From: Vermamoeba vermiformis
Taxonomy: Eukaryota
Direction: 5' to 3'
DNA length: 64,000 nt
Assembly: GCA_045837725.1 (NCBI GenBank)
Contig: JBEWZL010000309.1
Location: forward strand, 1-64,000
Below are positions 12,164-29,142 of this stretch, piece by piece. The notes beneath the pieces are model-generated. The model was not told the DNA's origin. It worked only from the letters and a program-made list of their open reading frames with translations, and made no database searches. The position numbers and the translations under genes are program-made. Within the stretch, counting starts at the first letter, position 1. Each line of letters opens with the position of its first letter.

Positions 12164-14170
12164 TTAGTTAAAAAGTAAAATAACTAAAGTGCTGAAAACA
12201 ATAACAAACAACAAACCAGGTTCAAAGAGATACAACCACGGAAAATTAAAAGCAAATAAAGTCAAAAGTAATAATAGGCCTAATAGAAAAATAAAAGCGT
12301 AATGGTAGATTAAACCAGACTGGAAACCAGAAACCTTATATGAAGCAGACCTAAAAAAATTCATTAAACCTAACGGACCTAAAAATTCTAAAATACCCTT
12401 ATCTACTGATTTTACAAAAAAATAATAGCCAAAATTTATTGTTTTACTCATCACAAAGTCATTGTAAACATTATCAAAATATCATTTTCTATTAAAAAAT
12501 AAGTATATACTATTTAAAATGGACGCCTGTTTTGTGAGAGTAGAGGTAAACATTGAAAAATTATAAATAAAAAATGAAATAAAGCAGCCTAACAAACTAA
12601 AGCATAACGGCATTAGTTTTAAAGACGGTGATAATAAGTGAGCGTCCCAAAAAACACTATTAGATAATCAGAATGTTGTAGAATTAGACCAAAAACCGGA
12701 AGCTGGAGATAAAATTATATCCTTAAAAATAAAACCAGAAAATATACTTAAAAAAGATAAAATTAAAAGAGGAATATACATAATAAGTGGAGCATCATGA
12801 CAATGATCTAAGTAAGAACGGTAACTAGACGGATATTGAAGAAAAGTTAAATAAATAATTTTAAAGGAATAAAAAGCCGTAAAAAAAGCACCTAAAATCG
12901 CAAGCCAACCTATTATAAAAGCATCAATCCTAAACGACGAAAATACAAGTTCTATTATAAGATCTTTTGAATAAAACCCAGCCAAAAAAGGAAAACCCAT
13001 AAGCGCTAAGGAACCTAACCAAAATAATACATATGAAAACGGCAATAAAGAAATAGTACCACCATAACGACGCATATCTTGTTCATCACCCAGCGCGTGT
13101 ATAACAGAACCAGCACCTAAAAATAACAGCGCTTTAAAAAAAGCATGAGTAAACAAATGAAAAAAACTTACAAAATATAAAGACATACCTGCAGCTAAAA
13201 CCATGTAACCTAGCTGACTACAAGTCGAATAAGCTATTACACGTTTTATATCATTTTGAAAAACCCCAACCGTAGAAGCAAGAAAAGCCGTTAAAGCACC
13301 AAAGAATGTTACAACACCAAGTGAATAATTTGAGTATTCAAAAAATATGGAAGCCCTAACAAGTATAAAAACACCAGCAGTCACCATTGTAGCCGCATGT
13401 ATAAGAGCTGAAACGGGTGTTGGGCCTTCCATAGCGTCGGGTAACCAAACATGCAACCCAATTTGCGCCGATTTACCAGCGACCCCCACAAACAAAAGCA
13501 ATGATATCAAATCAAGCGAATTAATAGAAAAATTTAAAAAGCTGTAGTCCATATTATGCAAATAAGGAACTAAAGCGAAAACTGAGCCATAATTTAGAGT
13601 ATTAAAAAGATCAAAAATAACTAAGATGGCTATAACAACACCTATATCACCAACCCTATTAACTACCATAGCCTTGATAGCAGACTTATTAGCAGCCAAT
13701 CGAGTAAATCAGAAACTAATCAATAGATACGAAGCCAACCCTACGCCTTCCCAACCAACAAACATCTGTAAGAAATTGTCCGCCGTAACCAAAATTAGCA
13801 TAAAAAAAGTAAAAAGCGAGAGATAAGAAAGAAATCTTTGAAGATGAGGATCGTGATCCATATATGAAATGGAATACAAGTGAACAAAAAATGAAATCGT
13901 TGTTACAACAATCAACATCAAAGCTGTTACCGAATCAAAAAGAAAACCCCAAGTAATATCTAAAACATCAATATTCAATCAAGTAAAAAGGTTCAAACGG
14001 ATTAAGCTTTTTGAAACACCTAATTCAAAAAATGAAAATCAAGACAACAAGGTTGTAAGAAACATTAGAGAAAAAGCAATAATAGCAGAACCTTGACGGC
14101 CAAAAAATCTACCAAATAGACTTAATAAAAAAAAGGAAAGCAAAGGAAAATATAAAACTAACAAATACAT
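12164..14170 (-). CDS. nad5: NADH dehydrogenase subunit 5 (668 aa)
   Basis: [48 protein letters not shown] and [10 protein letters not shown]. Confidence 0.97.
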
Positions 14171-14179
14171 ATTATTTAA

Positions 14180-14872
14180 TTAAGTTATATCATTTAATCT
14201 ATATATATCAAGTAAAACAGGAAAAGATATATCCTTTAAGTTGGGGTTAGAAAAAATGCAAGCGAACATCATTTTAGAATTCAAAAAAATATACCTAGGA
14301 GTATTAAAATACACCATATTGTTTCTTAACCTAAAAACAAAATTCGAACGTAATTTAATTACAGTACGCGGCAATAATCTAACAATTTGAAAAGGTTTAA
14401 TCATAAAATTATTTGTTAACGGAATTTTTGCATCTACTATGACGTTACCATGATTTATAAATTGACTTAAAAACAGTATATTTGGTACCCAATTCACTCT
14501 ATAAAGAAAAGTTGAAATACGAGATTCCACTAAAAGTAAAAAATTATTAACCCACAAACCAAAAGAAGCAGACGACATTCTGGAAAAGTTAAAAACCTTA
14601 CGCTGATTTATACCCTTATAAAATAACCTAACAAGCTGCATAGACACAAATTTTCATTTCTTTCGCTTGTGGGCTTTATCTGGGTTAATTATATCAATCC
14701 GATAAATAAATTGTCTAAATCTTTGTTTTGCCCTCTCAGCCCTATAACGGTAGGAATCCTGAAAAAATTTAACAACAGGATGACCAAAAACGGGGTTGCT
14801 GTTTAACAACCCCCAAACGTCCAGCTCGAACCTTTTGTAAAGTTTAAACTGATACTTTATCAACTTCGGCAT
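14180..14872 (-). CDS. rps4: Ribosomal protein S4 (230 aa)
   Basis: S4 domain ESRISTFLYRVNW...QFINHGNVIVD; two ORF pieces joined by the TGA at 14654. Confidence 0.82.
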
Positions 14873-14891
14873 AATTTTTTTCTATATAGAT

Positions 14892-19402
<4,511 letters not shown>

Positions 19403-19410
<8 letters not shown>

Positions 19411-22144
19411 ATATTTTTTTAATTTTTTTTATTATTTTTATTATAAACTCTTTTATCAAAAAAAGAGAAAAAAGAACAATCATCATAAATATACAAATCC
19501 AAAGCACAAAAAATGTTTTAAAAAAGTAAATTAAAAAAACAAAAACCTTTTTAGACCTTGACCACCTACTTATAGAAGTATGAATATACTCACGTCAACG
19601 CACATAAAGTACCGTCATAAATTCAAAAACATTTGTACGAAAAAATGTGTAAAAACCACCAAAAAAAGAAAAGGAACCAGTAAAAAAGTCTGACATGGTA
19701 TCATTATAATTTTTTTTTCGTTGAGCATTAAGTTTTTGTTCAAAGTTCATAAGACGAACTGATTTTTCTACATCATCTGAAATTTCTTCTTCAAAGCTCT
19801 GTTTTTGTACCTCAAATCGCTTCCTAAAAAGAGAGTTAAAAGAATCAACGCCAAGAAATTTTTTAAAATGTATTAAATAAGAATTATATAAGTCGATGGA
19901 CTTATCAAAGTTGACATCGTAATAGTCTTCAAATTTATTTACATTTAAAAAAAGTTTTCCCATCATACGCTCATAAAACGCAAAGACATATCACCCAACC
20001 AAATGGCGCGCTTTTTCAGCGTAATCATTAAAAAAAGAATGTATTTTAACAGCGTTGGGGGTAGCAAGAACAGAATAGTAGTAGTAAACTACACGAATCA
20101 ACAATGCATCATAATAATCTCAAAAAAAATGAAGCAATTTATCATAATACTTAACATGGATTAAATGCCATTGCGTAGAAGCGCTTAACGATGATAATTT
20201 GAAATACTGCGAATTATTTAGAAAACCAGTAACTGCTGTAGAAGTATACAATTTAAACTTCTTAATCTTAAACAATTCAATAAAGTCATTAACTAAAAGA
20301 GAAAAAATCTGAGATGCCGAAGAATTAAATAATTGTATAAAGTCGTGAGCGTATATTGAACTTGTATCAAGTATAGTATTAGTATTTAAAAAACTAAAAT
20401 AATTCCAATAGAACTTTAAAAAGTTAAAAAAACCATAAACATGAAATTTAGGGTGTAATAACCCTTGGTTTAAGGAATGTGCTTGCCGAACAAATGATCA
20501 ATAATAAGGCAACTCGTATTCAAGCTCCAATCTTGAATATTCCAAATCAAAAAGTCTCTCAAAATAGTACATAGGGTATTTGCTATTTAAGCCGATTTTT
20601 AAAAAAGACTTAATTTGGTCAGGCGTAATTCGAGAAGCTTTTTGAGTTTTAAAAAAGTAAGGAATAAATTGAACATTATTAAATCTTAAAAAATATGGTC
20701 GTACTCTTCTAAAAATATAAGAGGTATTATAATATAACAAATTAGCATAATGAGGGTTTACACCAAAAAAGTAGTTTAAAATCGATCTTAAGTTTGAATT
20801 AAAACGAAATAATCTTTTTATAGAAAAAAAATCTTCAATATTAGAAAAAACTAAATAATTTAATGATCTAAGCTTAAAAACAACATAATAAAAAAGCAAA
20901 TAAAAGCGACCGATAATTGATGAAAGGTTGGGGGTTTTAAAAAAAATAAAATACTGAAAAATAGCTAAATATTTTTGAGAATAAAAATAATAATATTTAA
21001 TTAATACAAAACGGTATAAAAAGTAAGATAATAATAAAACTGCAAGAATATAAACAATCGGAACTAAGTAAGCAAGAACTAAAACCAGTTTTAAAAGCAA
21101 AATACCTGCAGTTAATAAAGAATAAATGTAAATAAACTTAAAGGGTACATAAAATAGTAAATAAAAAAATTGTAAAATATATAAAAAATTTATTATTATA
21201 AAATAAATCAAAACAAAACTAAAAATAATTAAATTAAAAAAAACTCTACTAAATGGCCGTACTATATGAAATATATAATAACCATTTAAAACATCTTCGT
21301 AATCAAAATAACAATCCCTCAATAGAGCAAATTGTCAAACTTCATGCTTAATAACGCGAGTATCGGGTTGAATATCCTCAAATTGAGGATATTTTTTCGA
21401 AATACCAGGTTTAAAAATCAAAACAAAAGGTAAGTCACTTCAAACAAAAAGTAACTTTATTCAAATTATCATTCTTAAAATTAATTTTATCTGCTTTTTA
21501 GTCTTTATAATTTTTTTACGACGTAAAAATCTCAATAAAGAGACCAAATAACCAGTGATATACCAAAGACCGAATTTCAATAAAAGTTGAATAGGATAAA
21601 AAAGTGTTACAATACCCAAAAAAAATTTTATTAACCTGCGCCCAATACGAAACCTATGACCAACCCGCGTAGGTGAAGATGGTAAGTTTCAAATTTTTGA
21701 TCAAAGCGATCCTAGCGGTTGAACCGAACGCTTTATTAATAAAGCGTTCGGTTCAACCGCTAGGATCGCTTTGATCAAAAATTTGACCGAATAACCACAT
21801 ACATAATAAGACCGTCTATAAAAGTAATAACGGCGCATCAAACGCTCTTTTATTACTTTTAAAGTACCAAAATGATACACCAATTGAGCATATGGTTCAA
21901 TTATATGAGCTACTTTTATATAAGATCAAAACCCCAAAAACTTATAAAACAAAGCAACAAAGATACTCCGAAAAAGAAACAACGAAAGTAAAAAAACAGA
22001 CTTAAAAAGAAAAACGATGTAAATAGGTAAAAAAACTAAAAAATAAAATAATTTAAACAAAAATAAAAGAAAATACCTCACAATCAAAAGAAAAGAAAAG
22101 AAAATAATTTTAAAAAATAAAATAAATAACCTAAAAACTAACAT
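19403..22144 (-). CDS. Unassigned giant ORF (913 aa), several hydrophobic segments
   Basis: Four ORF-track pieces share one frame and the gaps contain only TGA. Overlaps the next ORF by 8 nt. Confidence 0.85.
21689..21786. repeat. 98-bp perfect palindrome with no loop, inside orf913
   Basis: TCAAATTTTTGATCAAAGCGATCCTAGCGG...TTATT|AATAA...; centre at 21737/21738. Confidence 0.97.
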
Positions 22145-23814
22145 AAAAAATTATTATTACTATTATTATTATTAACCCTCTTTGTAGGACTCTTTGAATT
22201 CAAAACATTAAAATGAGTGTTATATTGTCGCGAAAAAAACCAGTTTTCACTCGCTTCAGCAACTCCAAAAACATTTTGGTTTAAACTAAAAAAAAAATCA
22301 GCACCCCATATCGGCAAATCGTTTACATTAAAATAATCTAGATACAATGGAAAAGGTGGTGGTAAAATAGAAGCAGAAAAAAAAGACAACTTATTTGTAG
22401 TTAAGTACATATTTTTAGGGAAAAAAAAGCCATTATGGTGGCGATAATTATCAATATAGGAAGATGTAATGGAAAATATGTTAGAAAAAACCCTGTCCTT
22501 TTGATAAATATAGTAAAAAATTTTATCAACAGTTTTCTTACTGTTATAAGTAAAAGTTAAATTAGAAGATAACAAAAAATCATATATATTCCTCTTTTCA
22601 AAAAAATTTAAATTTTTTTGAAAAGAGGAATATATATAACGATAAAATTTCACTAATAAATTCTTTGAAGTCTCCTTTAAAGAAGCTTTATATAAATTCA
22701 TCTCAAAGTTAAACTGACCTGTTGATACTAAATCTGAAATTTTTACAACACGAGCTAAAGTGGCATAAAAAAAAGCTCATAGGTGCGCATGAAATAGCTT
22801 AAATATAAAAACTAAAGTGACATTAAAAATAGGCAAAACTATTTTTGAATATAAAAAACGCCGAATATTAAATCTGTTAAAATATGTAAAAAACTGAACT
22901 AAAAAGAATATACGTCAAAATATAAAAATAAAACCAAAAGTCGTAGCTCAGCCCATAAAGTGTAAGTCTATAAATTGATCATAATAAAACATGGAGGCAG
23001 CAGACTGAGAGACACCCCAACAAATTAAAAAAGAAAACAGAAACATAAAAAAATAAATTTCTCAACGATAAAAATGCCCATTGTCATCTCATTCAACAGG
23101 ATGTTGCGGATAAGCGAAATTCACCTCTTCATTATCTTCGATAGACGGCTCAATAACACCACGTCTATCTTCACGAAAAAAATATCAATGATTTTGAGCT
23201 TCCTCCTCATCAATCTCCTCAGTTTCTCGTCTATTTAAGGAACCATCCTCTATCATACGAGTATAAGTAAACGAAAAAAAATAAATCATACCTAAATAAA
23301 TCGAAGCATAAAACATCTCCAGAGTAGAATAAAAATGATGTCGCTTAAAATAAAACATTACAAAAGAGGAAGACATAAGCTTAGGACTAAAGGCATAGCA
23401 TTCAAGAGTATGTGAATAGAGCAATAAAAAAATACGCGTATGCTTCATAGCTCACGCATGTTTTTTCGATTTTCCGTAAGTACGAACATTATAATCACCA
23501 AACATTCGATCTACATTAAGCAGATTTCTATATGGTTTCATGTGTTTATTATAAGCAGCGTGCAAATAGGTCTGGCTAAAATATGTTCTATAATTATAAT
23601 TATAATCTAACTTCATAAAGCTTAGATTTTGAAACCCAAAATCTGAATTAAAGGAATAACTATAAGTAGAACCAAAATTATTAAAAAATCAGAAAAACAT
23701 AGAATGTAAAACTTCTAAGGTAAAATCATAAAAAAATAAATCAGAAAAAAAAGAAAGCTCAGGTTGAGCAATTAAAAGAACCAATAAGGCAGAAGATAAA
23801 ACAACCAAAGGCAT
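22138..23814 (-). CDS. Unassigned ORF (558 aa)
   Basis: ATG at 23814 to TAG at 22138 with only TGA in between. Overlaps orf913 by 7 nt. Confidence 0.83.
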
Positions 23815-23913
23815 ATATTTTTATTTTATTTTTATTTTTATTAAATAAAGTCGATACCGCATACGACTTAGCCTCAAAAATGTTTTATAAACTTCTAAAG
23901 CGCATCTTAAACA

Positions 23914-24114
23914 CATCCGGAACAAGCAGGCTACTGCTTGGTATGTGTTGTGTTAAGTGCTCGTGCGTCAGGGTTGGCAGGGCGGCGGGACTTGAACCCG
24001 CAATTTCTGGTACCCAAAACCAGCGCGTTAGCCAATTCCGCTACACCCTGCCAACCCTGACGCACGAGCACTTAACACAACACATACCAAGCAGTAGCCT
24101 GCTTGTTCCGGATG
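23914..24114. repeat. 69-bp perfect inverted arms (23914-23982 / 24046-24114) enclosing tRNA-Pro
   Basis: CATCCGGAACAAGCAGG...GTTGGCAGGG and its exact reverse complement. Confidence 0.97.
23977..24050 (-). tRNA. trnP: tRNA-Pro(UGG)
   Basis: Acceptor CAGGGTG/CGCCCTG, loop TT-TGG-GT, T-arm GCGGG-TTCAAGT-CCCGC. Confidence 0.93.
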
Positions 24115-24146
24115 CGGCAATAGGCGGGCGCATAACCACCTATTGC

Positions 24147-24218
24147 TGTCCGAGAGTGGAATCGAACCACCGACCTAATGATTTTCAGTCATTCGCTCTA
24201 CCACTGAGCTACTCGAAC
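24147..24218 (-). tRNA. trnF: tRNA-Phe(GAA)
   Basis: AATGA-CTGAAAA-TCATT anticodon arm. Confidence 0.95.
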
Positions 24219-24220
24219 GG

Positions 24221-24307
24221 CAAGGAAAGTGGGATTTGAACCCACGATGCGGGAGACCGCAAAGTTCCTTAGCAAAGAACCGCCTTAAACCGCTCGGCCA
24301 TTTCCTC
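24221..24307 (-). tRNA. trnS: tRNA-Ser(GCU)
   Basis: Loop TT-GCT-AA, long variable arm. Confidence 0.93.
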
Positions 24308-24326
24308 ATTATGGTAAGCAACCGAC

Positions 24327-24399
24327 TGGAGTTGACAGGACTTGAACCTGCAACCTTTTACATGCAAAACAACCGCTCTCCCAATTGAGCTACAACCCC
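24327..24399 (-). tRNA. trnA: tRNA-Ala(UGC)
   Basis: GGGGTTG/CAACTCC-A with G3.U70; loop TT-TGC-AT; weak anticodon stem. Confidence 0.9.
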
Positions 24400-24418
24400 T
24401 TTTCTGACTTAATAGAGA

Positions 24419-25219
24419 TTAACTTATTACAATTCAATTACCTCAACAATAAACAGAAAAGTAAAGGAAAAGTCAAACTACGTCCACAAAGTGTCAGTAT
24501 CAAGCAGCAAACTCAAAACCTAAATGGTGGCCAGGAGTAAGATGTTTCTGCATAAATCTTATAAAACAAACAATCAAGAAAATCGTACCCACAATTACAT
24601 GAAGGCCGTGCAAACCTGTAAGCATATAGAACGCTGAACCATACACACCATCAGAAATACCGAATGGAGCAGAAACATACTCTTGAAGCTGCATTAAAAT
24701 GAATAAAATTGCTAAAGTAATAGTAGCGACAAAACCCCCGACAGCATATTCGTACAGCTTTCCTAAAACAGCTCTATGGGCTCAAGTAATCGAAGCACCA
24801 GAAGTTAAAAGAATTAAAGTATTTAAAAGTGGAACACCATATGGACTAAAAACAGATAAACCAACCGGAGGTCATTCAGCACCAACTCAAATAGAAGGAA
24901 CCAAACTAGAATGAAAAAATGCCCAAAAAAAGGCAGCGAAAAACATAATTTCTGAAGCAATAAATAATATAAAACCAATCTTCAACCCTCTTTGAACAGC
25001 AGTTGAATGATAACCTAAATAGGTAGACTCCCTAATAACATCTCGTCACCAAGCCACTAAAGTTATTACTAACATTATAAAACCAATCATTGCTAAGTAA
25101 CCACCGAATAAATAAAAGTGCATATACATAACAGTACCTGTAGTCATAAAAAGCAAGCTAAAAGCTGTTAAAAAAGGTCAAGGACTACGATCAACCAAAT
25201 GGAATAAATGTCTTTTCAT
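24419..25219 (-). CDS. cox3: Cytochrome c oxidase subunit 3 (266 aa)
   Basis: [23 protein letters not shown] and AAWYWHFVDVVW (W=TGA). Confidence 0.97.
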
Positions 25220-25299
25220 AAAATTTTATATTAGTTATTTTTATATTATAACCTGTACATTTCACCACATTTATAATCCCGTTATTCATAAACTTAATC

Positions 25300-25604
25300 C
25301 ACAAATTTCATAAAAATTAGTATTAGCTAGCTAACATATTGCGATGTTTGTACTGCTAACCTATTTCGTCTTAGTATTAGACTTTCATGTATAAGAACAT
25401 TAAAGAATTTTTCCTACTTATATTATTTCAGCAGTTAAAAATAATGTATGTAGCGTCCCAGCAATGCGACTAGTGTGACAGCTGGATAACAATTGATACA
25501 CCCAAAACAAGTTAAACTTTAAACATCCGGTCCTCTCATACTAGGCTTAGGGCTTTAACATTCTCATTCTCACAGTAGATAGGGACCAAACTGTCTCACG
25601 ACGT

Positions 25605-25655
<51 letters not shown>

Positions 25656-25669
25656 AACCTACTTCTGCT

Positions 25670-25704
<35 letters not shown>

Positions 25705-25921
25705 GATCCCGGCGATGAGGACTCTTGGGGATCATTAGCCTGTTATCCCTAGCGTACCTTTTATCCGTTGAGCGATGACTTTTCCACATAATATCACCGG
25801 ATCACTATGACCGACTTTCGTCCCTGTTTGGCGTGTCTGCCTAACAGTCAAGCAAACTTATACCATTGCGCTCTAAAGATTCAGAAAATCTTGAGTTTAC
25901 CTTTGCACGCCTCCGTTACTT

Positions 25922-25952
<31 letters not shown>

Positions 25953-26228
25953 AACCATGCATTGTCTTAAATATCAATTAGTTCAAAAAAAATAAAAGAA
26001 CACTATTTCATTGTTGCCTCAAAAATTGGCCGGAGCCAAGTTCTCATAGGCTAATGTCTATCCTACACATTTATTTTTCTTAAACAGTACAAAGGTGAAG
26101 TAAAGGTGCATAGGGTCTTTCCGTCTTGCTGCGAGTACTCCGCATCTTCACGAAGAATTCAATTTCGCTGAGTAGGTACTGGAGACAGTGGGGAAGTCGT
26201 TACACCATTCATGCGCGTCAGCAATTAA

Positions 26229-26268
<40 letters not shown>

Positions 26269-26322
26269 AGCCGCCGTTTACTGGGGCTTCAATTCTTGGC
26301 TTTAACCAATCCTTTTTACCTA

Positions 26323-26360
<38 letters not shown>

Positions 26361-28065
26361 ACGATTTAGCAGAGTCCTGTGTTTTTATTAAACAGTCGCT
26401 ACCCCCTATTCTGTGCCACCTTTCTAACTAGTATAAACCTTTAGATATTACTCTAAAAAGCTTTCATGTAAAAAAGGTACTCTTTCTCCCGAAGTTACAG
26501 AGTCATTTTGCCGAGTTCCTTCAATACCCTTCTCTCAGTCACCTTAGTATTCTCTACTTAACCACCTGTGTCGGTTTTCAGTACGGTTAAAACTACTAAT
26601 GTAATAGTAGTAAGTTTTAGTTATTTTGTAGTAAGTCATTTTAAATAGAATTCCAAATCTAAATGGAATTCTATTTAAAATGACTTACGTCACTAAAACT
26701 AGTTTGTAAATATTAATCACAAAACCCATTATATCAAATTATCATTTAATACTTAGGGGCCGACTAACTCTTCGTGGTAGAACCTAGCGAAGAAAACTTT
26801 GGTTATTCGGTGATAATGATTTTTAAAAACATTATTTGCGCTACTCATGTCAGCATACTTAAAACAGAAGGCTCGATTAAAACTTACATTTTAACTTCAA
26901 AGCGTACAGTTCATTCTACTACCAAAAAAATTAATCTGTAGTTTCGGTGTAAATCTATAAAACCTATTATTGTTGAAACTCTAAAACAAATTGTTAGTGA
27001 GCTGTTACGCTTTCTTTAAAGGATGGCTGCCTCTAAGCCAACCTGCTAACATTAAACGTAAAAGAGCAATCTTAATTATTTAGAATTAACTTCCGGACCT
27101 TAACTTACAAGAGGGGCTGTTCCCCTTTTGACCAACGAATCTTCGCACTCGCAGTCTGATTAAAGCGCTTAAAATTTAGTCATTCGGAGTTTCAATAAGT
27201 TCAAAATATTATTATCGAAATCCCTAGCTTATTTAGTGCTCTACCTACTAAATTTATAACACCTCACTCTACCTAAATAGATTTCGTAGAAAACCAGCTA
27301 TCACCAAGTTTGTTTAGCCTTTCACTCCTAACCACAAGTCATCCGCGTCTCTTTCAACAGACGTCGGTTCGGTCCTCCAATAGTGTATTACGCTACCTTC
27401 AACCTGCTCATGGTTAGATCACTTGGCTTCGGGTCTAATTTATCTAACTTAACGCTCTAATTAAAACTCGCTTTCGCTACACCTAAACTTAAAATTTTAA
27501 GTTTGCTAGATAAATTAAGTCGCTGACCCATTATGCAAAAGGTACGCCGTCACTTTACGCTCCGACTGCTATTTAGCCGTTAATTTCAGTATCTTTTAAA
27601 TTTTCTTTATGAATTTCTTTTTAACCGTTTCCCTCACGGTACTTGTTCGCTATCGGTAACTTATATTTTAAAGGCTTAGTAGGTGGTTCTACTTTATTCA
27701 GACAAAGTTTCACAGGCTTCGCCGTACTCATAATTAAAAAGGGGTTCCATAATACGGGGCATTCACCCTCTACGGCTCTAACAATTTCCAACTAGGTATT
27801 CTTATGGTAAACCCAAATTAAAAGACCTTATACAGTTTCGCTCACCACTACTACCGTATTCTCGATTGATTTCAACACTACAGGTACTGAGATGTTTCAC
27901 TTCCCTGCAGTCATTTTTATAAATTTATAAATTTCGTTTACAAAAATTGGAAAAATAAACTTTATTGACTCTTTAAAGCTCAGTCTATATTTTCGATATT
28001 AGTATCGTCCAAGAATAAGTTCCTAGGCATCCTTCAACGGCTTTGTCTAATGCTAGATCAAGTTT
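25300..28065 (-). rRNA. rnl: Large subunit rRNA (ends approximate)
   Basis: Conserved motifs GAAGTGAAACATCTCAGTACC, GGTAGCGAAATTCCTTGTC, GGGATAACAGGCT and GGCACCTCGATGTCGGCTC. Confidence 0.96.
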
Positions 28066-28083
28066 ATATACCAGCAATTGGTT

Positions 28084-28159
28084 TGACGGGGGAATGGATT
28101 TGAACCACCGACCTCCAAGTTATGAGCATGGCGAGCTAACCGGACTGCTCTACCCCGCC
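28084..28159 (-). tRNA. trnM: tRNA-Met(CAU), initiator-like (IR left)
   Basis: GGCGGGGTAGAGCAG...GCTCG D-arm of fMet type; loop CT-CAT-AA. Confidence 0.85.
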
Positions 28160-28169
28160 TTATTTGAGT

Positions 28170-28385
28170 TTAAATAAAACAACAAATAAAAATTAAAATA
28201 AATAAAGAAAATTTTAAATTTTCTTTAACTATTGTACTTAAATAAGAAAAATCTCTAAAATTTGAAAAAAGAAATAAAAAATAATCTTGAACCAAGTAAT
28301 AAAAACCAATTATAAACGGATACTCCAAATTATTAACGGAAAAAAAGTACAAAAAAGTATTAGCTAGGTACTTATAGTTTAGCAT
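28170..28385 (-). CDS. Small hydrophobic ORF (71 aa), possible divergent sdh4 (IR left)
   Basis: IIGFYYLVQDY resembles the Sdh4 G...DY motif; size fits; weak match. Confidence 0.4.
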   Translation of the reverse strand: MLNYKYLANTFLYFFSVNNLEYPFIIGFYYLVQDYFLFLFSNFRDFSYLSTIVKENLKFSLFILIFICCFI

Positions 28386-28418
28386 AAAAAAATATTAAAA
28401 ATCGTGATTAAAATAGTA

Positions 28419-28503
28419 TGCTCGCTATCGGACTTGAACCGATACTCTTCCAGAAAGAAATAAGTTTTGAGCCTATCGTGTCTACCAATTACACCAAGCG
28501 AGC
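28419..28503 (-). tRNA. trnL: tRNA-Leu(CAA) (IR left)
   Basis: ATAGG-CTCAAAA-CTTAT, variable arm. Confidence 0.92.
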
Positions 28504-28517
28504 TTATTTTTATTATT

Positions 28518-29132
28518 TTAGTAAAATCTTCAAAAATTTAAGTCATTTACAGGGCGATCTACCTGATCAGAAATTGACTGTTTCTTTGTATAAATGTAAG
28601 AGGACTCTGCAGAATTAGGAATATCTAATGTAAGCATAATACTACTTATCATAGCTAGTAATAACAAAATACCGGAAATTATTAAAAATGGACTAAAATA
28701 AGTGTACAAAACCAACCCTAATGATACAACATTTGAGTGGCTTAAAAAACTCTTATACCAGTCTACATAAAGTACAGTTGAATAACTATAACCGATAGAG
28801 AAATAAAGAGAAAAAACAATTTCAAAAAAAATTAAAAACCCTACAATAGTTGCTAGTGGAAAATATCTATTTAATATTTCACTTAACTCAACAACTCGTA
28901 TATTTAGCATCATAACAATAAAAAGAAATAAAACAGCAATAGCACCAACATAGACAATAATAAGAACCATGGCCAAAAAGTCGACTTCGAGTAAAACAAA
29001 CAACTGAGCGGATAAACAAAAAACAACTACAAGAAAAAGAACTGATTGAACAGGATTTTTCGAAAAAATCACAAGCAGCCCAGCTAAAAATATCATAACA
29101 GCCAAGCAAAGAAAAACAATGTCCGTCAACAT
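28518..29132 (-). CDS. nad6: NADH dehydrogenase subunit 6 (204 aa; IR left)
   Basis: KNPVQSVLFL and IIVYVGAIAVLFLFIVMMLN. Confidence 0.95.
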
Positions 29133-29142
29133 TAATGCTACG

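Noticed and set aside
13347-13826. Short antisense or alternative-frame ORFs (also 3643, 4848, 16531, 17205, 24699, 28888, 29782, 39066, 40911, 41418, 46120, 53416)
   Set aside because: They are shadows of established genes and most break the strict strand organisation.
23880-24239. 119-aa plus-strand ORF
   Set aside because: It is antisense to trnP and trnF and spans the palindrome, so it is a by-product of higher GC content.
25547-25789. ORFs inside rRNA genes (also 33226-33471, 34025-34370 and their mirrors)
   Set aside because: They lie within conserved rRNA sequence.
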